Shown: in pieces, positions 10,136 to 21,095 of the stretch
Layout: each line of letters starts with the position of its first letter
How positions within the stretch are numbered: the stretch's first letter is position 1
Origin: Naegleria gruberi
Taxonomy: Eukaryota
Strand: one strand, 5' to 3'
Length of the DNA: 64,000 bases
NCBI GenBank assembly: GCA_000004985.1
Contig: GG738851.1
Notes under the pieces: model-generated
Seen by the model: only the letters and a program-made list of their open reading frames with translations
Database searches by the model: none
Told to the model about the DNA's origin: nothing
Program-made: the position numbers and the translations under genes

Positions 10136-11544
10136 TTGCAACCACCCTTCATATGTGATGCTGATCATTTCGACCTTTTAACATATTCTCTCGATGTAAC
10201 ATTTACCAATTATCCAACCATTACGAAAACAATTTCAACCATTCGAAAATTATTATTAAACGAGACGAATAGGGAAATAATGATTCGAGTTGGTATTCCA
10301 GAAAAATTAATGCAACTATTGGATCAGGCATGTGTTTCTAAAAGTTACAAAAATTCACATGGATGTGAAATTTCCAGTGAGAAATTGAATTTACTTTGCA
10401 TACAGTCAATTAGAACACTAAGTTCCATAGCATCTAGGCCTAATCAATCAGAATATTTAGTTTCATTAGGCTGCATTCCAATGATCAATTCTCTATTGAA
10501 AAATTCTTTATTGAATTCAGTTATAATATATGAATGTTCTAAATTATTGTCTATTCTCATTTCTGATTCATTTTCAGTGAGATTGCAAATTTTGGAGGAA
10601 GTTTTACCAACATTATTGAACCATTTGAATAATTGCGAGAGAATTCCAATGGAAATTGTAAAATGGGGTAAGTTTATTGTCAGTTTGAATTGAATTTTCA
10701 ATATTTGAGAAGAAACAGAGTTATTGGCTGGTTTTATGAGAAAGAAGGAAAAACTTCCTGTTGAATATTTGAAAATAATGTTGCCTACTGTTGGCAAATT
10801 ATTGTTGGCACTTGACACTTCTGATGTTGGTTTTTTAACACAGATTATGTTTTGTCTGAGTGCTATTACGAGTGAAGCTGAACTAGTTCCAATATTTATG
10901 GAAATGAATTTAACGAATCGAATTATATCTTTATGTCGTAACCAGGATTATTTGAATCTCTTAATAGTGTAAGTAATCATCTGATTTGGAAATTTGAAAG
11001 ATATTGGAATAGAGTTTCGTATAAGACCATTAAGAATGTCATCATGACAGAAAAAAGGAATTATATCAAAATAATCCTTAATCAAGAATTTTTTTCAATA
11101 TTGAAACAATTACACTTTCCAACAAGAATTCAATTTCATGTCAAGGAAGTTTGTTGGTATATTTCCTTTTTTATTTCCAAGAATTTCATCAAAGAGTTGA
11201 AAGAATCCGAGTTGGTTCCATGGCTATTTGATTCCATTCTCAAAAAAGTGGAAAATCTTCCAGCAAAATCAGAAATGATTACCAGCATTATAGATTGGTG
11301 CAAGGATGTCACAAATGTGGAGATAATGAACTATTTATTGGAAATGAATATTGTCCAAGTGATAGGTGAAGAAATTAGAGAAAATTATGTATTGAGAGGA
11401 ATGTGTGGAAAAGTTTTATTGCAATTCCTGAAATTCAACAAGGAAAAAGTATCACTCTTAATGAATAATTTTGAAATAATTGAATTGGAAGATTTACATT
11501 ATCAACGTGAAAGATATGATAATAGAAAGAGAGTGGAATACTAG
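10136..11544 (+). CDS. Armadillo/HEAT-like helical-repeat protein, function unknown; at least 3 exons (10136..10667, 10710..10968, 11013..11544); 5' end unresolved
   Basis: Three consecutive ORFs are joined by GTAAGT donors (10668, 10969) and frame-restoring AG acceptors (10708-9, 11011-12); the introns are 42 and 44 nt. The first ORF begins at TTG in the track, and the first in-frame ATG is at about 10283 (MIRVGIPEKLMQLL), so the true start or a 5' exon is uncertain. Confidence 0.5.
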
Positions 11545-13313
11545 AATCATGGTTTCCTTTCTGAAAATATAACCAAAATTCCAGTACATATTCAGGAGCT
11601 CTTTTCTGAAACCATCTTCCATCAATATCATTTTAATCAAGTAGTAACTTGAAACTGCAGACTCATTGGCAGAGATGAACATTCTATCGGTCATGTAGCC
11701 CATCATTGGAGAAATTAACTTTTTCCACCACAAATTCTTGGAATATTTTGCAAAATCATATCTCATATCAGTAGTGGAACACAACATCCATGGAACGCGA
11801 TTGGAATTCCTGACAGAATGACGATCTAAATACTTGTTGAGGAGTTGCAACATTCTTTTTCAATTCATCCTTAATCATTTCATCATGAAGGAGTACTGAA
11901 TCAACAGCCATGGTAACACCCTGTCCATAAATAGGATTAAGACTTCCTATTTTGTTTGTTAATTAATCAATTATCACATTCGAAATATTAATCCAACAGT
12001 GAAATACTTTAAATACAACTTACCAACGACATCTCCAACAGCAATGAAATCTCTCACTCCCTTCAATTTCTCAAAGTGAACATATTCACTGCCACTCTTC
12101 TCAAAGAATGGAATAATTTTCTTTGGAGTATCTTTGAACTTTTCAAGAACAACCTTAACTTGTCTCTCCATTCTTGGATTATACTTTACAAAATCCATGA
12201 TTTGTTCCTTAGCAGTTTCGTATTGAACTGGGTCAATTTTTTCATTGTAGGTTGTCAATAAGAAAAGGAAGGTATTACCACTGTATGGCATGGCAAGGAA
12301 ACCTCTTCTATGTGGATAGGATAACAAATAATAGAGGAGATAGTAAGGATCATTGAGTTTTCTATTTTCTTGCTCAGTTTCGGATAAATCTTCTCTGTAA
12401 ATGGCAACTTTACCTTCACTATCATAGGAAGAATCTTTTGGTTCCAATAGAATGGTTTGGTAACCAATCTTACAGTCAATTGAAGATTTTGTGAGGAGTT
12501 TCTTGTTTGGTGAAATTTCATTTTCCAAATTTTTCATCAAATTACTTGAGCCAAGTCCTGCACAATTGACCAACAAATTACATTCGATTGTCTTGCTGGA
12601 ATTATCAGAAACATTGGAGATTGTAACGGATTTAACACGAGTAACCTGTTGTCCATTCTCTGAAATACTTTCAACCTTAATTCCACTCGATGACACCTGA
12701 TAGCCATCAAGGAATTCAATAGACTTGGACAACTCTTTCTCAATCTTATCTCTCAAAACAGTTTCAACCTGTGCTCTCGATGCCATAATATTCGGAGTCT
12801 TTCTATATTCCAAATGATTAGAAACTCCATACCTCTCCTTATAGTAATATTTCACTTGAGAGGCAGGAAGAACCATTTGATTGAGTTTGCTTGTTTTCAA
12901 ATGCTCTTTCAATTCATTCAAGAATCCTGGAAGTAATCTATCCCACACCAACATTGAACGATAGGAAATGAGGTGAGCTTGTTCTCCCTGTCTGCTCTTC
13001 ACAATGGATTCATCTCGAATGAATTTGGAACGTTCCACAATGATTACTCTTTTATAATACTTGCTGAGGATGATGGCAGAGGTGAGACCTGCAAATGAAC
13101 CACCAATGACAATAGCTGTTTCACCGAGTGATGCTTTCCTATTTTCCTCCTTAAGGACGCTATCAATCCTCCTATGTTTGTATGCAATCTAGAATTAGAT
13201 TTACAGTAATTTCACAATTATTTAATCCCGAGGGAGGAAGAAATTTTAATGCTGATAATTACCTCAATAAAAATCGATTCTTTTTTATTGAGTGTGGACC
13301 ACACTTGTAACAT
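11494..13313 (-). CDS. FAD-dependent monooxygenase (Rossmann GxGxxG and GD..G..GQG motifs); at least 3 exons; frame discontinuity in the last exon
   Basis: Exon 1 (13263..13313) reads MLQVWSTLNKKESIFIE. A 74-nt intron (GTAATT..CTAG) follows. Exon 2 (12024..13188) reads IAYK..ETAIVIGGSFAGLTSAIIL..FIAVGDVV. A 77-nt intron (GTAAGT..AAATAG) follows. Exon 3 starts at 11946 and reads GSLNPIYGQGVTMAVDSVLLHDEMIKDELKKN. That frame then stops at about 11768 while an overlapping frame (ORF 11494..11853) stays open. A 1-nt indel therefore lies between about 11770 and 11859. Confidence 0.6.
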
Positions 13314-13355
13314 TCCAAAATGAGGCAATTTCTAAAATTGCCAAGAAATAGAAAA

Positions 13356-15683
13356 TTAAACTTCAATTGCATTTTTCTGTTGCACTCTGAAAGTTTCCTC
13401 CCAAACGGTGTACTCGTTGGTCAACACTAATCTGCTGAATGTGTCCATAATGTTCATTAAGAGTGGGGAAAGGAGAATATCATTCAAATTTCTTAAAGTG
13501 ATGGTTTCGTCTCGCTTCTCTAACTTTTCATAAAGAATATTGAATTGCTTTCTCACATCGGATGGAATGTTGAGCTCGTGAATGGATCCAATCTTGATAA
13601 AATCACTTTCCAATTCACTCAATAATTCGCTATTCAATTTTCCTTCACTTCCTCCAACTTGATTTGTAATTTTCATTATCAATTTGTAAGCATTGATATT
13701 TTCCAAAGACATTTCCTTTTCTGAATAATCTTCAAAGAGTTGCATAAAGTCATTGTTACTCAAATATTTTGTAATTTCCACATCTTCATCCTCTTGTCTG
13801 ACGATATTATCCTTCGATTTCCTTCTAAATCTAATCTTGTTAATCAGCTCTATAATCATTGCAGAACCTCCACAAATCATGATAAAGAAACAATTAATTA
13901 AGAATCTTGGAATTGGTTCAGCAGCCCTTCCTGGATTGTTTTCGCTAGTGGTGGATACAACGATTATATTAATAATAACCAGAATGAGAATGGCCACCAA
14001 TTGAATTAAATCAATTCTGATATGGAATGGATCGTCGAAAAACATAAACTTTCCAAGACCATTCTTTTGAATATTCTTATAATTCATAACAGAATCAAAG
14101 ATGATGCACAAGACACCCACCAAAGTTCCAAATAAAAGGTAGGCAGCAATGGATTCATTGTGAAGAAAAACACCATTCGAAGTAACCATCGCCACACCAT
14201 GAATGGACAGGAATATGGACAAGACAATCGAAAAGAGGCCTGTAAATAGGAATCCAAACCTTACAGAGGCCAGCATTTTGAAAATCTTGAAATGTTTCTT
14301 ATACTTTCTAATTAAGGAATACAAATTCTTCAAATAGTAAAATCTAATAATAGTAAATGAATAAATACACACACATGTGCATATTAAAAACATCTCAACC
14401 CACACAAAAGCACTACTACAAACATTCTTCCACACATTCAAATGGAAGAATTCATACCAAATAATTAAAACTGGAAGATAGGCCATCAATAATCTTCTTA
14501 CAATAAATGGTTTTAAAAATGATTTTGAAATGAATAAACAGCCAAAGTAAATGACCACAATTAAAATATTGGGAATGTACCAATAGTCACCATCCTTGAA
14601 ATTCATTTCAGTGCAAGTGCTTGATAGACACCAATGGCAAGAGGAAGGAAGAAGTAAATTACCAATTTGATCGTATGATCTTGGTTGATTGAATGTGAAA
14701 TTATGAAATTCTTTCCAGAGAGATTCCAAATTTTCTCTAAGAGAATCATTGAAAGATGCTTTAACTCCATACAAATCGAATACATATTCCATAAATTGTC
14801 TTTCAATCTTGCTAATCTTTCCAAAAGAAGAATACAAATTAAATGTTACCATATCTGAAGTGAATCCTTTGAATTCTGTATCAGTAATATAACATTCACC
14901 TGGTTTAGCATAACTTGTCGTAGCATTATTAATTTTGGTATAGTCCATCAATACTACATCACTTGGAAAAAGTGGAACAAAGAAGAAATCACTCGTGTTG
15001 ATGAATTGTCCACTCAATTTCCTTCCTCCACTAGTTTGAGCATCTCTATAATATCTCACATTATAACTGAGAAAATAACCTGTTGTGATGATAATGTCAA
15101 ATTCCTCAAAAACGTTCATAGGTCTACATTGTTCGTAATAGAAGCGAATTGGTGAAAGTTTCTGGTTGACTGCACTTGTTAAATTATAAAAATTGGTGAT
15201 GAAGGCGAATGTTGTTGATTCAATGGCAGTATCAATGGCAATCTTTAGATTCGAATACTTGTTAGTGTAGAACAACAAGTCCACTGCCAATTTTCTCATA
15301 CTGTCAATGGCATCTTCATCGAGAATGGAACTACTATTAGGTAAGAGTTGATTCCTCAGAGCATCCAGAGATTCTTTCACCTCTGACATGTTTCGTCCAA
15401 AATTATTGAAGGCCAATCCCTCTTGCGAAAGAGTCATATTCTTCCACATGAAGAGAAATACTCTATCTCTAGTCATGGCCACTTGATTATTACTACCAGT
15501 AAAGATGCTCTTATCGAAATTATTGAAAACAGTCTTGTAGAGTACAATTTGGCCATCATCAGAAGTTTGGCCATTGACTAGCAGCTGCAAGGAAACATGC
15601 AAGGATATGAGAACAATAATGAAGGTTACCAACCAATTGTTGCTGTTGTGGTGGTGGAAGAATCTCATTCCAATTATTCTCAT
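13356..15683 (-). CDS. Signal peptide, large extracellular domain, 7 TM helices and a C-terminal RGS domain (7TM-RGS protein), 775 aa
   Basis: ATG ORF. The N-terminus is hydrophobic, followed by an approx 330-aa N-glycosylation-rich domain. Seven hydrophobic segments run from IPNILIVVIYFGCLFI to FLINCFFIMICGGSAMIIELI. The C-terminus reads NDFMQLFEDYSEKEMSLENINAYKLIMKI..IPSDVRKQFNILYEKL..LLMNIMDTFSRLVLTNEY, matching the RGS box pattern. Confidence 0.7.
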   Translation of the reverse strand: MRIIGMRFFHHHNSNNWLVTFIIVLISLHVSLQLLVNGQTSDDGQIVLYKTVFNNFDKSIFTGSNNQVAMTRDRVFLFMWKNMTLSQEGLAFNNFGRNMSEVKESLDALRNQLLPNSSSILDEDAIDSMRKLAVDLLFYTNKYSNLKIAIDTAIESTTFAFITNFYNLTSAVNQKLSPIRFYYEQCRPMNVFEEFDIIITTGYFLSYNVRYYRDAQTSGGRKLSGQFINTSDFFFVPLFPSDVVLMDYTKINNATTSYAKPGECYITDTEFKGFTSDMVTFNLYSSFGKISKIERQFMEYVFDLYGVKASFNDSLRENLESLWKEFHNFTFNQPRSYDQIGNLLLPSSCHWCLSSTCTEMNFKDGDYWYIPNILIVVIYFGCLFISKSFLKPFIVRRLLMAYLPVLIIWYEFFHLNVWKNVCSSAFVWVEMFLICTCVCIYSFTIIRFYYLKNLYSLIRKYKKHFKIFKMLASVRFGFLFTGLFSIVLSIFLSIHGVAMVTSNGVFLHNESIAAYLLFGTLVGVLCIIFDSVMNYKNIQKNGLGKFMFFDDPFHIRIDLIQLVAILILVIINIIVVSTTSENNPGRAAEPIPRFLINCFFIMICGGSAMIIELINKIRFRRKSKDNIVRQEDEDVEITKYLSNNDFMQLFEDYSEKEMSLENINAYKLIMKITNQVGGSEGKLNSELLSELESDFIKIGSIHELNIPSDVRKQFNILYEKLEKRDETITLRNLNDILLSPLLMNIMDTFSRLVLTNEYTVWEETFRVQQKNAIEV

Positions 15684-17806
15684 AAGTTGTTTGTTGTTGT
15701 TTTTTGTTGTGAATTATGTGAAAGTCCAAATGGTGTTCTACAAGTCAATCAGAATGTTGGCATCACGAGCTGGAACCTAAAACTCTCAAAAGGGATATTG
15801 GACCAATTAGCTTGGTTGTAAGATATTCCGCTGTGGAAAAGAGATCACGCTCAAGTAAATCAGGATTTTCAATCAACTCCGAAGTTGCCATATTATTGAC
15901 TGTCAAAAGAATCTGCTTGTTCAAGTTGAATAATCCACGTTCCTAATTACAATAGGTCATCAGCTATTAAATTAACCTCCAAGTTATTATTTTGATGATA
16001 TTTATGATGGCACGGAACTGTTGAAAGCAATTATGTTACTATCACTTATCACGATACGGGTAAATGGCCACGTTTGACTTGAAGCTAACAATGTGATAAT
16101 TTATAGTAACTATTATCAATTTGTTGTGGCTGCATTAAAAACGATTAGGTTGCAGATTTTTTTTTAATTTTTTTTGCTTTTTATTTTTGGAGGGAAATGG
16201 TGTTAGATATTAGTTGAAAGTTTATAGGGGTCCATCTTCGATTGAAAACGATACTTTGTTTGTACCTGTTAAAATCAAATCTGATCTGTGATGATTGTCA
16301 ATATCCAACATGTCTCTATACCATCATATGAAAAAGAGAGTATGTGGTGGAAGAGTGATTTGGTACACTTGCTCTTCGATATCGATCTTGTAGAGTTGTT
16401 TTCAACTTTAATACACAAATCATTATCATCTTGATCATAGTAATTGGACTGTACCCATCAAAAGAAGTTAATTGTATGACCCTATAATGCCAATAAAGCG
16501 GATGAGCATTGACAATTATTAATAAATATAATCACTTGTTTTTGTTGATGGAAATTTGATGATGAAATATTTTTAATCACACAAAAATATTTTACTTCAC
16601 ACCAGTTATACATCCAACTAAAGATCTATTTGATCAACAATAAGAATGGCAAATAAAAGATGTTAGAATATATACAATCTTTATTATTCAAATACAAATT
16701 GGTACATCTAGAAAACTATTCAAAGTTAAATAATTGTTTTTCTCCCGAGAAATGAAGAAGGTTCTCCACATATTTGCTGCCTCTTGGGGAGTATAGATAA
16801 CCTGCAACCAATACGTTATCTATAGAGGGGGTGGAAGGAATTTCAATTTGTTCACGGACAGCAAAAAAAGCATTGAATTCTGACATTTTTTAATTAATAA
16901 AAACACAATGGATTTACAACGAAATAAGGCCATTGTTTAGTGATGTATCTATTGGCTTAGGAACTTTGAAAGTTGTAAACTGTTTGAAACGTGAAGTTAA
17001 AATGGACCAAATAGATATGGGTGTTTTATACAACAGGTTTTTAAGGGCAAAATATCTGTTTGGAAATGAAACACTAAACTTGCAAATAAACCTAATTGGT
17101 AAATTGGTGATTTCAATTGGGAGTATGAAAACACGAATAGTAATTTCATGGAGAGTGAACGATCTTCTTTATTGATTTTGTTGATTCACAGACACAGACT
17201 CGAAGAAATTGGTATGTTTCAATATACACTGTTAATATGTACAATTTACAAGAAATCGTCTCTGATATTTAAGAGTAATACATCTATATGAGAACAGAAG
17301 AAAAATATAGTAGTAAATTGGCTGCCAACACACGGTACACACAAATTCATCAAATGATGATCAATAGGTTTTTTATTAAATTATAAATATCAAAAATTGT
17401 TTGAAAGACTTCGTTCTAAGTAGATTCAAGGCGATACTTTATAGGATCTGTTTGAATGGTGTTAGACTGTGTATTTAAACAACATAATAGCTGATAATAT
17501 TGGCTCCGAATTTCTATGGATCATTGGATCATCATGATGAATAAATTTTTGCAATCCACAAAACTTTCTTTTTTATTTCCGATAAATGTTTCTAGTACCG
17601 TAATAACAGCAACGATGACAAAACTTGACAATAATTGATCAAAACTTGATAAATAGGACTGTAATAACAACACGATAGAACAATGGAATAAAACTTTTAA
17701 TTAATATTATTTATACACAATTGTTATTGAGTGTGTACAAATTCGGAAGCAAAAACAGATTAAACAGATTGAATGACAAGAAAGATATGAAACAACGTTA
17801 CTTTTA

Positions 17807-18115
17807 TTAATCTTCTTCATAATTAAAAACCACAGGAAGGATACCAATTTCCTCAAATTGACAGTAGTCAATTTCATTCAGCAAACATTGGTAAAATAAC
17901 CCAACGTTTGCTAATTCCCTATCAATTTTCAAAAAAGTTACAACATGAGCAGCCAATATGTTGTAATATTCAATGATTCTCCTTTCATTTGGTCTTCTTG
18001 CAAGTACCGAGAGATTCTTATCGTGATCAAAAAAAATGTTGTCTTTTGACAACTGGAGAGAATGATCACAAGAGTGACAAAATCCACTGAAGAAGCAGAA
18101 AGGGCAGGGTGTCAT
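17807..18115 (-). CDS. Hypothetical small Cys-rich protein (102 aa); may be non-coding
   Basis: This is the only sizeable ATG ORF in a 3.3-kb gene-poor stretch. It has no recognisable domain. Confidence 0.2.
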   Translation of the reverse strand: MTPCPFCFFSGFCHSCDHSLQLSKDNIFFDHDKNLSVLARRPNERRIIEYYNILAAHVVTFLKIDRELANVGLFYQCLLNEIDYCQFEEIGILPVVFNYEED

Positions 18116-19060
18116 GTTGTTGAGTATTTTTTGTTGTATGGAATGTTCAGTGTCGCACGTTTGAGCACCGTTTGAATTTACCGAAAACGCTTGTTTGTAA
18201 AAATGAAAATTCGTTTGACGAAGTAATCAGTTAGTGGAAAACTCTCTCGCTGTTTTTGTCTGTTGTCTATCAGATTTTAGTTAATAGTAAATATTGTTTA
18301 TAATAATGATCAAAGAAAGCAAGCAAACTGTAATAAGACAAACATGCAAGCAAGACAACACGTTGTTGCTCGAATTCCTAACCATTCAATAGCAAGGAAG
18401 AAACAAAGCATACCCGTTTTCAAATTGATATTACTTATTTAAACAACAATGATCAAAATTGCTCCTTTTCAACTTATTTCAGTAAGATTTTTTTTTTCTA
18501 GCTTTTTTTCCATAAAAATTTTTTTTTTAACCATTAAGCAAAACTTTTTCCTTATTCCATTGAACACCTTATGGCTTTGGCGGTTATTCGTTAAAAATTG
18601 AAGGAATTAATGTGATGAAGATATAGCTGCTGTTGAATGTATTTTGAATTTCACAGTAGAGAGTGCATTGTAATGATTCATAAAAGAATTGATGATTTCT
18701 ACTCATGCGTTACCCAATAAATTTATTAGGATCAATAAACACCTAAATCAAAGAGGTTTGAGAATTCTGACAAGAGCAGTAACAATCTACTAATCTGAAT
18801 CCATTTCTAATTATTTATTCCAAATAATTTTTTTGATTCCTCCTTCTTGAATTGTACAGTGCGGTCATTTACTATTCATTACCCGTAGTGATAATCAGCA
18901 AACGAAAAAAAACTAAACTTTCCAAATATAATAACAATCGGGATTTTCAATAGAACTCACTCATGGCAAAGAAGTGTCTTTAGGACAATTATTTGGAATA
19001 AACCACTCAGCATTACTCTGTTATGGATTCTTTTCATAATCAAAAAAAACGAAACTCCTC

Positions 19061-20581
19061 ATGAAAGCCACTTCAAGCAGCACTGATTTAGTGATTTCAC
19101 CTTCAACCAATTCAACAAATATTCTGACAACAGTTTCTTCTTCACAAGATGTCGCAACATTCATTGAAATGACACCAACCTCTCCAACCAGTATTGTAAA
19201 ACAAAGCAATTACTCAACTGGAATACAAAAAAGAGATTCTCTTCATAAATCTGTAACTGGAAAGAGTTTACCATCCTCCATGAAAACGCCAATGACCAGT
19301 TCGGTGACTGGTTTTCATTCAAAAACCTTCAAAATTTACACTTGTTGCGGAGTATTGGAATTGAACTGTCTCAAGTTGACCAGTTTTGCTGCACTTGGTA
19401 TTAGTATCTTTGCCTTTCTGTGTCTAATCATTATCATTTCCATTAACTTTTCCATTGTAAACTTGCTTCATACCAAGCTCAATCATTTGGACACTTCAGG
19501 AACCTTTGACAGAGATTTAATGATTTTGGCATGTCGAGTTTCTGTCACTAATCAATATAACAGAAGTCTATCATTGGAATATGCCAAATTATATAGTGAA
19601 TATTCTGATAGATATTACGAATCTTTGAATAATTTGGTTGCGAATGTGCCTCCTGAAATACTTTACTGGAATCAACATGGCATGTCAAGAGAAGATGTCA
19701 AATCAAGAAGAGCTGTCAAACAGGAACTTGCCATGATTGAATTAGTCAAGAGTGGCAATTATTCAAGTGCAATTTCAATTTTAGATTCAAGTCAATATAA
19801 GGAATTACTCACTGGATATCAAGACGAAGTTCAAAGTATTTTTGATTATGTTGAGAGTTTGAAACAAGAAAATTCTGATTTGGATTTGGCAACGACTACC
19901 ACTTCATTGATTATTATTTGTGTTTCACTTGTTGTAGTGATTCCTGTATTGTTGGTATTTGTCATGTTGAGTATTCGAAAGGATAATTCGAAAGAGAAAC
20001 AATTGAGACTTGTTAGAAAGTATATGATTATGGACACTATCAATGATGTGAAATTATCCGAACAATTCAAAGAGTTTTGTAAACAAGAGAGAAGTGAAGA
20101 TAACTTTGTGCTATTGGAAAAAATCAACGAATATAAGAAACTGTGCGAAAGAAGTTATGATATTCAGGTGTTTTTATACGATACAGACATTTTGAGTAGC
20201 TCAGCTTCCTCATCTACCTCAAGTACAGACGATTCTTCCAAAAAGAAGAATAAGAAAGGTTTCTCTGAAAAGGATGTAGTAGAAATTGAAAAGAAAAAGT
20301 TTGAAATTGCATTCGAAATCTTTACCGATTTTCTCGATGTTACTGGTGATAGATCAGTGAACATTAGCAAGCACTTGGCAGATTTTGTCAAACAACACTT
20401 GGATTTCTTTGCTAAAGGAGAGAATGAGTCCATGCCAGAGAATTTATTCGAAACAATTGAATGTGAAATGTGTGTCTTGATGATGGACACGCATCATAGA
20501 TTCAAGCAGTTCATTGAAACTCAATTAAGAGAAAAGAAGATGAAAATTCGTTCCGTTCACATTGTTTCAATAAAGAAGTAA
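19061..20581 (+). CDS. Ser/Thr-rich N-terminus, 2 TM helices and a C-terminal RGS domain; 506 aa
   Basis: ATG ORF. Hydrophobic segments are LTSFAALGISIFAFLCLIIIISI and LIIICVSLVVVIPVLLVFVMLSI. The RGS-box pattern reads LSEQFKEFCKQERSEDNFVLLEKINEYKKL..KKKFEIAFEIFTDFLD..FVKQHLDFF..FETIECEMCVLMMDTHHRFKQF. Confidence 0.7.
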   Translation: MKATSSSTDLVISPSTNSTNILTTVSSSQDVATFIEMTPTSPTSIVKQSNYSTGIQKRDSLHKSVTGKSLPSSMKTPMTSSVTGFHSKTFKIYTCCGVLELNCLKLTSFAALGISIFAFLCLIIIISINFSIVNLLHTKLNHLDTSGTFDRDLMILACRVSVTNQYNRSLSLEYAKLYSEYSDRYYESLNNLVANVPPEILYWNQHGMSREDVKSRRAVKQELAMIELVKSGNYSSAISILDSSQYKELLTGYQDEVQSIFDYVESLKQENSDLDLATTTTSLIIICVSLVVVIPVLLVFVMLSIRKDNSKEKQLRLVRKYMIMDTINDVKLSEQFKEFCKQERSEDNFVLLEKINEYKKLCERSYDIQVFLYDTDILSSSASSSTSSTDDSSKKKNKKGFSEKDVVEIEKKKFEIAFEIFTDFLDVTGDRSVNISKHLADFVKQHLDFFAKGENESMPENLFETIECEMCVLMMDTHHRFKQFIETQLREKKMKIRSVHIVSIKK

Positions 20582-20673
20582 TGCTATGTAAATTTTGTAC
20601 TGTTGTTGGACAAGTGAAAGCTCTGATGGAAACCTGTTAAATCTGAATTTAATATTTCTAGTCTTAAAAAAGT

Positions 20674-20747
20674 TACGCCGTAAGGGAGTCGAACCCTTGA
20701 CCTTCAGCGTGTAAAGCTGACGATCTAACCAACTGATCTAACGGCGC
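20674..20747 (-). tRNA. tRNA-Val: tRNA-Val (anticodon TAC)
   Basis: The reverse complement is GCGCCGTTAGATCAGTTGGTTAGATCGTCAGCTTTACACGCTGAAGGTCAAGGGTTCGACTCCCTTACGGCGTA, with the anticodon loop TTTACAC and a full cloverleaf. Confidence 0.85.
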
Positions 20748-20955
20748 TTGATGAAGCAAAAGAAAGAATTAAGGAGCAGTGTTGATAATTACCAGTTTAC
20801 ATGTTGGCCAACTCTGATTTTTAACAATTCAATGCATACCATACTGTACTTTGAGTTTATTGAGAATCCCTTTTAACAAACAAAAATGGAAACAGATTAC
20901 AGTCATTACAACGTTTCCAGGCATCAATTTTGAAAATAATTGATTTTCGATGAAA

Positions 20956-21027
20956 GGGACCATGGTCTAGTGGTATGATTCTCGCTTTGGGTGCGAGAGG
21001 CCGTGGGTTCGATTCCCACTGGTCCCC
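20956..21027 (+). tRNA. tRNA-Pro: tRNA-Pro (anticodon TGG)
   Basis: GGGACCATGGTCTAGTGGTATGATTCTCGCTTTGGGTGCGAGAGGCCGTGGGTTCGATTCCCACTGGTCCCC. It has the GTCT/GATT D-stem typical of tRNA-Pro and the anticodon loop TTTGGGT. Confidence 0.9.
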
Positions 21028-21095
21028 ATTTCCTTTTTAAATTGCAATTGTAATTTCCTTTCTTTGGAATTGAAACAGTTTGAATGCAAAATCTT

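Noticed and set aside
12076-12743. Short ORFs on both strands inside the FAD monooxygenase exon 2
   Set aside because: They are alternative-frame ORFs of 60-90 aa nested within a longer, motif-bearing ORF, and are not independent genes.
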